Below are positions 8,132-18,675 of a stretch of DNA of 64,000 bases, piece after piece. Position 1 is the stretch's first letter, and the number at the start of each line of letters is the position of its first letter. The stretch comes from Chloroflexota bacterium (lineage in GTDB: Bacteria > Chloroflexota > Anaerolineae > Anaerolineales > E44-bin32). Location of the stretch: NCBI GenBank assembly GCA_022561215.1, contig JADFRQ010000013.1:653-64652 (forward strand), in the 5' to 3' direction. The notes beneath the pieces are model-generated. The model was not told where the DNA came from, did not search any database, and worked only from the letters and a program-made list of their open reading frames with translations. Made by a program: the position numbers and the translations under genes.

Positions 8132-10180
8132 CTAAGCGTCAGTTTTCGTGTCGTCACCCTGCACCATCTGGCGAATGTGCTCGACGACATCCGGGTTGGC
8201 GAGTGTGGTGACGTCACCGACATCCCGTCCGTTGGATATGGCGGTCAGGATGCGACGCATGATTTTTCCCGACCGCGTTTTGGGCATATCGGGCACGATC
8301 CATACGTTTTTGGGGCGCGCGATCTTACCAATGCTCTCTTCGATGGCGCGCACCACCGCCGCCTCGATCTTCTTTGAGGCCTTTGTATTAGGCTTTAATG
8401 AGATGTACATATCGGGGACGCGTCCTTTTATTTCGTCGCGCAGCGGAACCACGGCCGCCTCCGCCACCTCTTTCACGATCAAGCTAGCCGACTCCAGCTC
8501 CTTCGTACCGAGGCGGTGACCGGCTACATTGATCACGTCATCGACGCGACCCAGGATGCGGTAGTAGCCGTCCTCCGCCAGCACGGCAGCATCACCGGTA
8601 AGGTATGGCCAGTCACGCCAGTCCTTGCTCTCAGGGTCCTTGTTGTAACGCGCGTAGTAGGTCTCGACGAAACGGTCATGATCGCCCCATATGGTCTGGA
8701 ACGCTCCTGGCCACGGATTGCGGATACAAATGTTTCCCGCCGTGCTACCGGGCGGGACCTCGTTGCCATCATCATCGTAGATTATGGGATGAATCCCGGG
8801 AACGGCCGGGCCTGTGCTCCCGGGTTTCATGGGGTGCAGGGCGGGCATGGTGCTGCACAGGAATCCGCCGGTCTCCGTCTGCCACCAGGTATCGACGATG
8901 ACCGCCTCCCCTTTGCCAACGGAATGGTAGTACCAGCGCCATACCTCAGGTTCGATTGGTTCCCCCACCGTAGTCATGTGTTTGAATTTAAAGTTGTATT
9001 TGGCGGGCTCATCGGGGCCGGCCTTGCGCAGCGTGCGCACCGTGGTGGGAGCGGTGTGAAAAATATTGACATTTAACTGCTCCGCGATGCGCCAGGGTCG
9101 ACCGGCGTCGGGATACGTGGGGACTCCCTCATACAACACGCCGGTCGCCCCAAGCGCCAACGGCCCATACACGATGTAGGAGTGCCCGGTGATCCAGCCA
9201 ATATCCGCCATGCACCAATACACATCCTCAGGGTGGATGTCCTGGATGTACTTCGAGGTGCCGGCTGCGTAGGCCAGATAGCCACCGGTCGAGTGCTGGC
9301 AGCCCTTCGGTTGGCCGGTCGTCCCGCTCGTGTACATCAAGAACAGCGGCGCCTCCGCCGGCATAGGAATCGGGTCAACGCGAACTCCGCGGTAGTCCGC
9401 CAGCAGTTCGTCCACAAAGAAGTCGCGTTGCTCAACCATCTTGCTCCTGGATTGATATTCGCCCTGTTTCCGACGCCAGACGAGCATCTTCTCGACTTCC
9501 TGGCCCAAATCCCTGGCGCTGGCGATTGCCAGGTCGCCGTTCACGCGGTGATCGAGCAGCTTCCCGTTGCGATAGTAGCTGTCCATCGTGATAAGCACTT
9601 TGCTGCCCGAATCGGCGATGCGCTCCCCGCAGGCGTGACCGCTGAATCCGCCGAATACCACGGAGTGGATGATGCCCAGGCGCGCACAGGCCAGCATCGT
9701 GATGGGCAGCTCCAGCACCATAGGCATATGTATAGTGACGCGGTCTCCCGCCTTAAGCCCACAATGATCACGCAGCAGCGCCGCAAATTCGTTGACGCGC
9801 ACATAAAGCTCCTGATAGGTCAGCACAACGTGGGGTTCGTCCTCCGGCTCCGGGACCCAGATAAAGGCGGCCTTGTTGCCATGTTGCTGCAAGTGACGGT
9901 CGACACAGTTGTAGGAGGCATTGATCAGCCCTCCCACGAACCACTTCCAGGAGGGAGCTGCGCTGGTGTCCAGCATGGTGTGCCAGTAGCGCTCCCAATC
10001 CAGCAGATCGGCGTACTCCTTGAAACAATCGGGGAAATTCTCCAGGCTGAAGCGCTGGAAAATCTCTGCATCGGTCATGTTGGCTTGGGCGATGAAGCCT
10101 GCTGTGGGCGCGAACTTGTTCTCCTCCTGCCAATGCACGGCGATCTGGGCCTCGCTCACTCTGAGCTCTTTGTCAGTCAT
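8132..10180 (-). CDS. acs: acetyl-CoA synthetase (AMP-forming acetate--CoA ligase family)
   Basis: 682 aa. Motifs YTSGTTGQPKG, WWQTETGG, NCVDRH and the C-terminal PKTRSGKIMRR are diagnostic of Acs-type adenylate-forming enzymes. Exact substrate (acetate or propionate) is not determinable here. Confidence 0.85.
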   Translation of the reverse strand: MTDKELRVSEAQIAVHWQEENKFAPTAGFIAQANMTDAEIFQRFSLENFPDCFKEYADLLDWERYWHTMLDTSAAPSWKWFVGGLINASYNCVDRHLQQHGNKAAFIWVPEPEDEPHVVLTYQELYVRVNEFAALLRDHCGLKAGDRVTIHMPMVLELPITMLACARLGIIHSVVFGGFSGHACGERIADSGSKVLITMDSYYRNGKLLDHRVNGDLAIASARDLGQEVEKMLVWRRKQGEYQSRSKMVEQRDFFVDELLADYRGVRVDPIPMPAEAPLFLMYTSGTTGQPKGCQHSTGGYLAYAAGTSKYIQDIHPEDVYWCMADIGWITGHSYIVYGPLALGATGVLYEGVPTYPDAGRPWRIAEQLNVNIFHTAPTTVRTLRKAGPDEPAKYNFKFKHMTTVGEPIEPEVWRWYYHSVGKGEAVIVDTWWQTETGGFLCSTMPALHPMKPGSTGPAVPGIHPIIYDDDGNEVPPGSTAGNICIRNPWPGAFQTIWGDHDRFVETYYARYNKDPESKDWRDWPYLTGDAAVLAEDGYYRILGRVDDVINVAGHRLGTKELESASLIVKEVAEAAVVPLRDEIKGRVPDMYISLKPNTKASKKIEAAVVRAIEESIGKIARPKNVWIVPDMPKTRSGKIMRRILTAISNGRDVGDVTTLANPDVVEHIRQMVQGDDTKTDA

Positions 10181-10704
10181 CTATCGCTCTCCTCATTGGG
10201 TTCTCTCGACGAATCTCGCCATTTCTTCGAACGTCTTATTCATACGCTGTGACGTCATGAAGTGCGGCGGTTGAAGTTGCGGGCCTCCTTCTGGGTCGCA
10301 ATTGACATGCCTCTCTGCAGGGGATGCGCTAGAAAACGCATTCCACCTGCCAGTGTCATAGACATTGCGGAAAGAAGGTGAAGCCCATCTCCGAAATTGT
10401 AAGGGTAACACGCAGTGCCTCCAAATAATATCGGGTAGAAGTGTCGAAGTCTTCGAGGCCAACCTGCCCATTATTTGTGTGCAGACGGTGCGTTGGATTG
10501 CATGTCGCTTCGTTTTCTGTACTTCCGTCTGCCGCCAGGGGGCTGCAACCTTCCTGAAACATCCCCGGTTTTCCTTGTCGCGAGAAGCTCATTCACATTC
10601 TCGTTCGAGATTAGCCCCCAAGTGTGTGATGATAAAGTACACCGCTTGCGCGGGTACTTGGATCCGAATACGAAGCCCTAACAAATTAGAAAAGGAGGTG
10701 GTGC

Positions 10705-11125
10705 ATGAGTACTGCCGAAAGCTGGTTAATTCTTGGCGGCCTTTTTAATCTTTTTGCAACAGTTATCATGGGTTACGCTCTTTATTGGGTACGGATGCGC
10801 AATCCGCAAGAGCCGGCACAACCTTATGCGATGATCGCCCATAAGTTGATTCTCTGGAATGGACTGATCCTGCTGGCATTGGCCGACAGTCATCGAACGC
10901 ACGGGCTTTGACCCAGCTGTGAACACCGGCTTGGCGGTTGCTGAAGTGTCGATGACCCTATTTGCCGGTGGGCGAACAATAAGCAGCTGGGCGAAAAAGA
11001 TAGAAAGCGAAATCGGAGTCGGAGGCTGGCTGGCACGCGGTATCGGTATCGGCAACATGATTCACTTGCTGGTGATTGGCGGTATTCTCTACGGTGTTAC
11101 CCGCAACATCGTAGGACTTAATTAG
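10705..11125 (+). pseudogene. small membrane protein, apparently frameshifted
   Basis: Two 68-aa hydrophobic ORFs lie in different frames. Reading through near 10880 in the second frame gives a continuous sequence ...ILLALA/TVIERTGFDPAVNTGLAVAEV.... Confidence 0.4.
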
Positions 11126-11155
11126 GCTCGCGACGTAGGCATCGAGGAGGATCAT

Positions 11156-11947
11156 ATGCCGACACTCTCATCGGAATGGGGCCTTTGGGTATTGGTAAAT
11201 ATCGTGCTGGGCTCCGGTTTGGTATTCGCGATTATCATCCCAAGAATAAATAATTTCTTCCCCGGGACAATTGAACATAAACAAAGCAGCATCTTTCTTG
11301 TCACCGGCTTTATGATGCGTGGGGCTATTTTTCTATCCATAATTTTCGCCGGGACCTGGGGCGAAATCCGTTGGATGGTGCTGGGGACATCGATCTATGG
11401 CCTAATTTTGCTCGGCGCCAGTATGGTGTATGGCGATAAATTTCACTGGCGAAAGCCGCTCGCCATTATCTGGTTCGCCGTATACCTCGAGGAACCACTC
11501 TGGATCCTTATACGCTGGCGCCCAACTCACGCGCGGCAGTTGCGACTGCAGGGGTGTTTGCACTGCCGGGTGCCTCATTAAACCCCCTCTTGCAAGCTGT
11601 GCTTTGGCTGCAAGCCGCGATCATGATCATCGCTGGCCTCTCCATGTTTCTGCGCTTGAAAACCACCTCAATCTGGCCCTGGAAGCCGGATATTGTCTCG
11701 GGCCTGGGTTATTGCGGCATTCCCAATTGGGTGGTCTTTCTGGTCAGCCGCGTTGGCTTCCGCGCCGAGCTGGGCCGAGGCTAACACTGGTGTGTTGATC
11801 AACATCTTCTGGCTCGGCCTGGTATTCATTTCATTGCTGCTCTTTCGCTCGCGATTTGATTTCAGCAAACGCGGGACGCGCGTGTTTGCCTCTGTGAATT
11901 TGTTCTTATTGGTGCTTGTAGGTGCTGGGTACGTCATTCAGGGTTAA
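11156..11947 (+). pseudogene. multi-pass membrane protein split over three frames (two frameshifts)
   Basis: ORFs 11156-11581, 11554-11784 and 11693-11947 are all hydrophobic and overlap end to end in different frames. Confidence 0.45.
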
Positions 11948-12147
11948 AGGATCTTGTAAAGCTTAATCGCTTCATTCTAAAAGCAGTTGTGGATTGATAG
12001 TAAAAGCTTACACAGGTTTAAGGCACATCGAAGCCGAGCACACCCGCGTAAGGTTAAAAGAATGGTTTATTGGCATGGGGAACTTCTGTCGCGCGCCGCA
12101 TTTACGTTGAAACCTTAAAGAAGAGAAATATGATTTCACAAGTTCAT

Positions 12148-12172
12148 GGTCAGGTATGGAAACCTGACCTAC
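12148..12172. repeat. short hairpin repeat, family B (GTAGGTCAGGT-loop-ACCTGACC, reverse orientation)
   Basis: GGTCAGGTATGGAAACCTGACCTAC. The same unit occurs at 36804, 63664 and, partially, at 58791. Confidence 0.7.
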
Positions 12173-12214
12173 TCCATCGGTTCGTTAAATTGCGGTCTTC
12201 ATCGAAAATTAGTC

Positions 12215-12237
12215 GTAAGGGCGACTGGCAGTCGCCC
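12215..12237. repeat. short hairpin repeat, family C (GTAAGGGCGACTG-loop-CAGTCGCCC)
   Basis: GTAAGGGCGACTGGCAGTCGCCC. A second copy lies at 57124-57147. Confidence 0.7.
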
Positions 12238-12319
12238 CCGCATCGGTTAGCTAGATTGCGGGCAACCGGCGGTGTGCTTCAGCAGGCCTGGGCCCACACA
12301 TTGGTCCTTCGGAGGGAAA

Positions 12320-12670
12320 ATGGCGCAACCATACCTGGAAAACCTCTCACAGCTGATCGCTGGGCTGGCATTATCGATTGCGGGAGTTAAGCTGGAAACC
12401 AAACATTTCTTCAGCGGCGCCGCGCTCTATGCCAATGGGAAAATTTGCGCCTCGCTCAGCCCGGCAGGTTTTGCGCTGAAGCTTCCCGCGGACAAGAGGC
12501 AGGAACTGATTGAGTCGCGCATGGGGTCAGAATTCCGCTTTTTCCCCAGCGGGCCGATCAAACATGAATATGTGACGCTTTCCGAGCCCCTCATCCAGGA
12601 CGATAAGGCGTTTCGAGCACTGCTGGGCATCAGCATAAACTATGTATTGGGTAAGCAAAGGGATGTCTAA
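12320..12670 (+). CDS. TfoX N-terminal domain protein
   Basis: ATG at 12320 follows a GGAGGGA RBS. The pattern KHFFSGAALYANGKICASLSPAGFALKLPAD matches the TfoX_N fold signature. Confidence 0.7.
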   Translation: MAQPYLENLSQLIAGLALSIAGVKLETKHFFSGAALYANGKICASLSPAGFALKLPADKRQELIESRMGSEFRFFPSGPIKHEYVTLSEPLIQDDKAFRALLGISINYVLGKQRDV

Positions 12671-12750
12671 AAAGCCCTAACCTGGGACCAGGGTGATATC
12701 CATTTTGGACAGACCCGAAGCGTTTCAAGTTGAACGAAGAATCCAGGACC

Positions 12751-13977
12751 TCATTCCATTGCCGCCTGAAGCAAATCAATTGCCCGGTGCTCGATCGCGC
12801 TGATGTTCAAGACAAGCCTCGCTAACTGCTCGCGCAGCGCGGCAACCTCCGTGTTCGACATAGGGAAATTTTCAGCGACACTTGCTCGAATCTCTTCCAG
12901 ACGCACGTTAATTCCCTGGATCTCGTCGCGCGCGGCCACGCCTTCGTTTACGAAGAGCGCATGTTTGGAAAGCAGCAGCTCGCGGTTTTCTTTGAACAGC
13001 GGGACGTCATCAGGCAACAGCGCCTCGGCAAGCTCGTCCCAGGCGGCGCTACTGGCGCGAAATTGCTTGCTTGCATGTTTGAGTTTCGGCTTGCCCAAAA
13101 TCTGCGCGGCTTCATCCAGGAAATCGGCGTACAGCAGTCGGTCGTCCACCTGGTTCGAAGGGTAGGTGCGCGCCCATCCGAACGCTCCTGGCTGATATCC
13201 GAAGCCAGCCAGCGCGGCATACATTCGTCTGCCAGGTGGTAGCAAGCGTTCCCAACTTTGTTTGTTGCGTGTGTTGGTGAGCATGTGCGCCCACTTTTCG
13301 TAAGCCGCAAAGCCGAAATTGTCACGCGCGCCTTTCGGCGGCGCTTCGCTATACAGCGCAATACACTGCCAAATGCCTTTCTGGATGGCAGCGGGTAGTT
13401 TCTTGAGGTCCGGAGTGCCCAGCGCCAGCACCCGGTACTTGTCTTTCTTCACCCGACCTCTGGCCGCCGCCAGTTCGTCTGCGGTCACCGTCAGCGTCAT
13501 CGCGGAGCGATCGGCAATGTGCACGGCGTCACCCTCGTAGCCGTACACCACGATCGGCAGCATGGCCCACATGTTCTCGTCGGGAGCGAGGGTGTTGTAA
13601 GGCAGGCCGAATGTATTGGCCCAGACGATGGCGGGCCGCCCGCTTTCGAGAACCTCGATCAAATTACGCACCCCTTTTTCGGGGTTGGCCGTGTGCAGGA
13701 GATCTTGGGGAATGGCCAACCGTTCCAGCAGCGTGTCCAGCGGATCAAAAGTGTTGCGCGAGAGCAGCGCCACGTAGGGATCGGTTCCTTTGTAGTCGAA
13801 AACAAAGTAGCCAAAGGCCGCCCCGCCGCTGATCCCCATCAACATCGCCTCCGACAAGGGCGCTTCTGATTTCGCGCTGCGCGCATTCTGGTAGGCGAGC
13901 ACATTGTGCACAGAACCCGTTTCCCAGTGGCGTCCGTCGAACTGCGCGTAGTGGGTCAGAATCGGCATGAACATCAT
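12751..13977 (-). CDS. BtrH N-terminal domain / DUF4872 protein (peptidase-like)
   Basis: 408 aa. The N-terminus (HWETGSVHNVLAYQ...MLMGISGGAAFGYF) resembles the BtrH_N family. Assignment is from motif memory only. Confidence 0.6.
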   Translation of the reverse strand: MMFMPILTHYAQFDGRHWETGSVHNVLAYQNARSAKSEAPLSEAMLMGISGGAAFGYFVFDYKGTDPYVALLSRNTFDPLDTLLERLAIPQDLLHTANPEKGVRNLIEVLESGRPAIVWANTFGLPYNTLAPDENMWAMLPIVVYGYEGDAVHIADRSAMTLTVTADELAAARGRVKKDKYRVLALGTPDLKKLPAAIQKGIWQCIALYSEAPPKGARDNFGFAAYEKWAHMLTNTRNKQSWERLLPPGRRMYAALAGFGYQPGAFGWARTYPSNQVDDRLLYADFLDEAAQILGKPKLKHASKQFRASSAAWDELAEALLPDDVPLFKENRELLLSKHALFVNEGVAARDEIQGINVRLEEIRASVAENFPMSNTEVAALREQLARLVLNISAIEHRAIDLLQAAME

Positions 13978-14060
13978 CCTTTCGCGAGAGTGGTTCCTCG
14001 ATTATAAGGAATTCAAACGTCCGGTGGGGAAAATAGAGACAATGTATTGACTTTTGTATG

Positions 14061-14078
14061 TGCAACCGGCCGGTTGCA
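14061..14078. repeat. short hairpin repeat, family D (GCAACCGG/CCGGTTGC palindrome)
   Basis: TGCAACCGGCCGGTTGCA. A second copy, GGCAACCGGCCGGTTGCC, lies at 56997-57014. Confidence 0.6.
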
Positions 14079-14287
14079 CGTACACTCGGGCGCTTCACGA
14101 CGTAATCAGGGCACTGTCGAGCTGAAGCTCGATCCAGACGCCCTTACGGCGGTTAGCACACTGCGCGCTTCATCCATAATCCAGCAGGGCATAAGCGAGC
14201 TGAAGCTCGTTAGCTAAAGCTGGTTAGCTAAAGCTCGTTCGCTGAAGCATGTTGGACGCTGAGGGAGCCAGAGGGTAAACTTTTATA

Positions 14288-14683
14288 ATGAACCAGTCGA
14301 TCTTGCATGTTGCCCTTGTGGCAAGCGACTACGATGAAGCGATCGACTTTTACTGCCAAAAACTGCATTTCACATTGCTCGAAGACACCTACCAACCCGA
14401 ACAGGACAAACGTTAGGTAGTTGTGGCTCCTCCGGGGTCAAAAGGTAGCAATCTTCTGCTGGCGCGCGCCTCAACCCCCGAGCAGGAAACATTTATTGGC
14501 CGCCAAAGGTGGCCGCGTCTTCCTGTTCCTTAACACGGATGACTTCTGGCGTGATCACGAGGTGATGTTTGCCGCCGGATAAAGTTCGCCAGGGAACCGA
14601 AAACTTTTGACTAGGGGACGGGGGCTGTTTATGAAGATTTGTACGGAAATTTGTGGGATTTGATCGCGCCAAACAGCCGGTGA
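14288..14683 (+). pseudogene. VOC (glyoxalase/bleomycin-resistance/dioxygenase) family pseudogene
   Basis: Recognisable VOC sequence MNQSILHVALVASDYDEAIDFY...KR*VVVAPPGS...GGRVFLFLNTDDFWRDHEVMFAAG...IKFAREPKTFD*GTGAVYEDLYGNLWDLIAPN. Reading it requires two frame changes and passes two in-frame TAG codons (14414-14416 and 14612-14614). Confidence 0.8.
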
Positions 14684-14903
14684 GGAAAAGCGATACAGGG
14701 AAAATTCACCCTCTGAATACGTATAGAGACCTCCTGGGCGATGGAATCATGTTCGCTGACCTAAAATTAACAAGACGAAAATCGAGGAGAGGGCAAACCG
14801 CGCTGGTTTTGTAGGCGAAGGTAAATAGTGGCCAGGGGGGCTGCTACAATACGTGCGCGTTAGACCACGACCTTCGTTTTCTTGAATACGCCTGATCCAT
14901 ATC

Positions 14904-15479
14904 TTGCAAGTCCGAGGAGATCGAATTCTGACGAACAAGCGTGCGCTGGTTTTCGGAGCCATATTTATTTTGGCAGCTTCCTGTGGCGCGCCGCACTCCA
15001 CTACGGAGCAAGCTCCGATTCCAGAAGCAACGACCCAGCGTACGCCGGTCGCTCCGCCTGAACTGCGCGTGCTGCAGCAGACGGCGGAAATTATTTGTCC
15101 GCCATCCGAACCGATCCCTTTTAACACACCAACCTATAGGGTGGAAACGGGCCTCTTCGTGTTGAGTTGCGACCAGATTGCAACCAGTGTGCGTATCGAG
15201 CGCTACACACGCGTGGAAATTGCGCGCGCTGCGTTTCGCGAGAATACAGGGCCGTATGCGGTAGGCGATTTTCATGGTCGGCCATCGCTGGCATTGAAGG
15301 AGGTGCGTTTAACCGCCGATTCCGACGACAGGGTACAAACCTTCGAATGGCGTCTGGAAATATGGATCATCAGGATCATCTCGAGCGACGAGACGGCCCT
15401 GGTAAGCGCACTCGAGCCGCGCGCAGTGGCGGAGATCGTCTATCAGATCGTGGAGGAAACTGGTTTGTTGGGGAAGTGA
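14904..15479 (+). CDS. hypothetical lipoprotein
   Basis: Signal peptide with lipobox ILAASCG. The start codon is uncertain; the track uses TTG at 14904. Confidence 0.55.
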   Translation: MQVRGDRILTNKRALVFGAIFILAASCGAPHSTTEQAPIPEATTQRTPVAPPELRVLQQTAEIICPPSEPIPFNTPTYRVETGLFVLSCDQIATSVRIERYTRVEIARAAFRENTGPYAVGDFHGRPSLALKEVRLTADSDDRVQTFEWRLEIWIIRIISSDETALVSALEPRAVAEIVYQIVEETGLLGK

Positions 15480-15748
15480 TCATTGACAGCTGGGGCCCAG
15501 CCTTTCGCCGGTAGGTAAGTGGGCAAGCGGCTGGGCTGTTTTGCGAGTGGCGCGCGGACCTGTTATCTCTCAACCAAAACAATTCCGGCTGCGGGAAGGC
15601 ATCGTTACCCGGAATGTTATCAAGCAAGTTCTCAATAAAGGAATCGGCCTGTGAACAGAGAGCGAATCCCGCTTGTACTTCTGGTGATGCTAATGATTGT
15701 CGTCGTGCTGGCTTTCCAATACCGAGCCAGCGAACCTACTAAAAGCAT

Positions 15749-15863
15749 GTCATCCTGAAGCCTTTGCAGAGCAAAGGATGAAGGATCTCGTTTTTCGTCA
15801 TTTATTTTGTCTTGCTGGTGCGAAACGAGATCCTTCGATCCATTTCATTCCTCTCAGGATGAC
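15749..15863. repeat. nested-palindrome MITE-like element (family A), complete copy
   Basis: Termini GTCATCCTGA...TCAGGATGAC. Inner repeat GAAGGATCTCGTTTTTCG...GCGAAACGAGATCCTTCG. Confidence 0.75.
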
Positions 15864-16125
15864 ACTACATTGGGAGAACGCAGCTCCCATTATGTTTTCT
15901 GATTAATAGGTAATCCGGTATGTAAAATGCAATGTCCAAATCCCTTGTTTGCAATTCGTGGGTTACCATGTTTTCGCCGAACCGGGTAGAGCCACAGCAG
16001 ACATTGGTAAGAATCGACCATGAACACGCGTATGCTATTTATCAATCTGAATGTACACAACTAAACCATCGAGATCGGCATGGCGAAAAGCAACGCGAAC
16101 TAATGATCGGCACACGAGGCTGGCA

Positions 16126-17466
16126 ATGCACAGATTGAATTTCCCACGAATGATCATCATGGGCATGTTGCTACTCGTGAGCTGTGTGTCGCCTCCAGGA
16201 GAAGATTTGCAAATCAGCCCGGTCTCACCGACGAATTCGAGCACCGAAAGCGGTCCCGTTCATACGGGTACTATTCCCGAACAAGCAGACATCCTTGCCG
16301 CCTATACCTACCAACAAGCGGACGGCAATCGGTTTTTGCCAGGCAAGGGAACAATACGCAATTCTCAGCCGTTGGATATTGCTTTAACGGGACGGCCGAT
16401 CTGGCTCGTCGCCGCGCCGCTGAACGAAGGGAGCATCTGGGTGGCTGTTCTCGCCGATGGAAATGTGCAGGCCTTCCTTGTTTCCGGAAGGATTGTCGAA
16501 TCGGCAGAGATTACGCCCGCGCGGCTACCGGTGGGGATGCCGCCCATGCTCATCATCGAAAAGGGACTGCCGCAGTTGCTCACGAACCCTGCCGAGGGGG
16601 GATCAACGCTTTCCCACCCCGTCCGATTTTCCGAATCCGTCCTTTATCTTACGCAAGAAGGCGATCTCGTGGCGTGGGAAAACGCTGAAGTTGGCCGTTT
16701 GGCGCTAAATATCTTGCGCGACGCGCGCCTGCTCGAAGATGAATTCGGGCGCCTGCTTTTTCTGGGCGATCCGACGGGCGATTATGGGCACGCTGTGCTT
16801 GGCGATGCTCTCGAAGCCCGTAGCATCACGCTGGTCGAAACTTCGCCGTCATTGCGTGTAGTCAATAAAATATTGATTCCTGCACCCGATGTTATCGAGG
16901 GCATCGCGCCGATTTGGACGGACATAACCGGCGACGGAAAACGCGAGATCATCGTCACCCTAAGCAATGCCCAGGAAGGCGCACGCATCGTCGTCTATGA
17001 CGAAGAAGGAGCGCAGGTTGCCATGGGACCATCGATTGGCCAGGGGAGCCGTTGGCGTCATCAGCTGGTTGTGGCGCCCTTCGGTCCAGCAGGTGAGCTG
17101 GAGCTTGTTGATGTGCTCACACCGCATATCGGTGGGGTGGTTGAATTTTATCAACTGGTTGGCGAGCGGCTGGAGATCGTCGCCCGCGTGCCCGGTTACA
17201 GTTCTCACGTGATCGGCTCTCGCAACCTGGATCAAGCACTCGCAGGAGATTTTGACGGCGACGGTAGCGTAGAACTTCTCGTCCCGAACAGAGCGCAGGA
17301 AATGCTGGGGGCGATCCGGCGCACTAATGATGGTGCGCAAGCCGTTTGGACACTCTCCATCGGGGGAAGACTGAGCACAAATTTGGTGGGGGTGTCATTG
17401 CCGGATGGGGGACTGCTTGTCGGTGTTGGGCGGGAGGATAATATCCTCAGACTCTGGCTGCCGTAG
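16126..17466 (+). CDS. FG-GAP/VCBS-repeat lipoprotein
   Basis: Lipobox LLLVSCV after the ATG at 16126. Ca-binding-like repeat motifs DITGDGKREIIV and GDFDGDGSVELLV. Confidence 0.7.
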   Translation: MHRLNFPRMIIMGMLLLVSCVSPPGEDLQISPVSPTNSSTESGPVHTGTIPEQADILAAYTYQQADGNRFLPGKGTIRNSQPLDIALTGRPIWLVAAPLNEGSIWVAVLADGNVQAFLVSGRIVESAEITPARLPVGMPPMLIIEKGLPQLLTNPAEGGSTLSHPVRFSESVLYLTQEGDLVAWENAEVGRLALNILRDARLLEDEFGRLLFLGDPTGDYGHAVLGDALEARSITLVETSPSLRVVNKILIPAPDVIEGIAPIWTDITGDGKREIIVTLSNAQEGARIVVYDEEGAQVAMGPSIGQGSRWRHQLVVAPFGPAGELELVDVLTPHIGGVVEFYQLVGERLEIVARVPGYSSHVIGSRNLDQALAGDFDGDGSVELLVPNRAQEMLGAIRRTNDGAQAVWTLSIGGRLSTNLVGVSLPDGGLLVGVGREDNILRLWLP

Positions 17467-17516
17467 ATGGATGCTGTGCAAGTTTGATCGATTGAAAACT
17501 GGGGAGGAAAATTTGT

Positions 17517-18125
17517 ATGACGAGCGATAAAATCTTGATCGGGTTGGCGCTTATGCTGAGTGTAGCCGCCTGTGGTCAGGCCGTTTCGCCAACCACAAGT
17601 GTAGCAGAAGCGACAGAGGCTCCAGAAGCAACTCAGGCCCCGCAGGCTACGCTGGAAGAACTTGCGACCGCAATCCCCACAACCAGCGCGCCCAGTTTTA
17701 ATTATGAGGCATGCAAGTTGCTTGATCCAGGGGATATCGAAGCGGCAGCACTCGATGATTTCCCTGTGGGCGAAGCGAGGGAAGGTGATGATGTCCCCCT
17801 GGGTTCCGGGGAGGCCAGTTCCTGCCAATGGGAGTTCGGCAACCCCAATGCTCAATTCCACGAGCGTCTCACCCTGTATGTGTTCAAATTGAGTGAGGGG
17901 GAAAATCCAGAAAGTGCATTCGAAGCGCAAGCGCGACGTATGTCCAATGCTACAGAACCCTCGACGAGCATCGGCGATCGGGCAGTTTACAGTGAGCGTA
18001 CCGCAGCAATTTTGGTGCTCGATGATGGTTATCTCTTCTATTTACGCGCCGATAAACTGGGCGTTACGCCGGAAACACAAGACAAGGTAATCGGCTTGGC
18101 CAGGCTGGTGCTCGATCGCAGATAG
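17517..18125 (+). CDS. hypothetical lipoprotein
   Basis: GGGGAGG RBS and lipobox LSVAACG, followed by a low-complexity Thr/Ala/Glu linker. Confidence 0.6.
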   Translation: MTSDKILIGLALMLSVAACGQAVSPTTSVAEATEAPEATQAPQATLEELATAIPTTSAPSFNYEACKLLDPGDIEAAALDDFPVGEAREGDDVPLGSGEASSCQWEFGNPNAQFHERLTLYVFKLSEGENPESAFEAQARRMSNATEPSTSIGDRAVYSERTAAILVLDDGYLFYLRADKLGVTPETQDKVIGLARLVLDRR

Positions 18126-18163
18126 CCTTGTGCGATGACTTAATAAGGTTCAACGCACGTTAA

Positions 18164-18388
18164 ACGTGCAATACACCTGGAAAATCATCTCATCCTGAAG
18201 GTGCATTCCAGCGTAGGAGCGGGGTTTCCCCGCCCACAGGATCACCAAGTTCCTCGCGGGAAAACGAGTGGGCCTCTTCTGCGAGGGGATGCCAACAATC
18301 GAATTGTGCTTCACCCCCACAATTCCCATTCAATAAGTAGCCTCGCGCGCTAGTGAATGTCTCCCAGCGCGCTCCTTCTCAAGATGAC
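18164..18388. repeat. composite intergenic repeat (family E hairpin plus degenerate family A element)
   Basis: Module order ACGTGCAATACACCTGGAAAATCAT-CTCATCCTGAAGG...GCGTAGG...TTTCCCCGCCCACAG...ATCGAATTG...CCATTCAATAAGTA...TCAAGATGAC. The same modules recur in the same order at 19956-20319. Confidence 0.65.
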
Positions 18389-18675
18389 ACCGTGCCCGTC
18401 AGCAGGCGATCCCGCCAATCATCCGCACCCGCTCCCTCACCAACCAGCCAACCCTGCTTGCTGGTTTCGGCCGCGCCAGGAAATCTAGCGCAAGAATACG
18501 CGCCATGGGAGGATTGCGGATAGTGAAACTCCGAATGATGATTGCTTCCATCACTTCTTCGACCAATTCTCCCTATGTACTGTTCGCAACAGTATGCAAT
18601 CATGGCTGCATGTCATAATTTTAGAATACGTTTTGTTCATGGCAATCTTGCCGCCTTCCAAAAGGAGAGGTCCCA

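Noticed and set aside
14414-14416. Pyrrolysine or other recoding at the in-frame TAG codons (14414, 14612, 43763).
   Set aside because: These TAGs occur in genes that also carry frameshifts. They replace expected Trp or Tyr codons by single substitutions. No Pyl-type context or methylamine methyltransferase genes are present.
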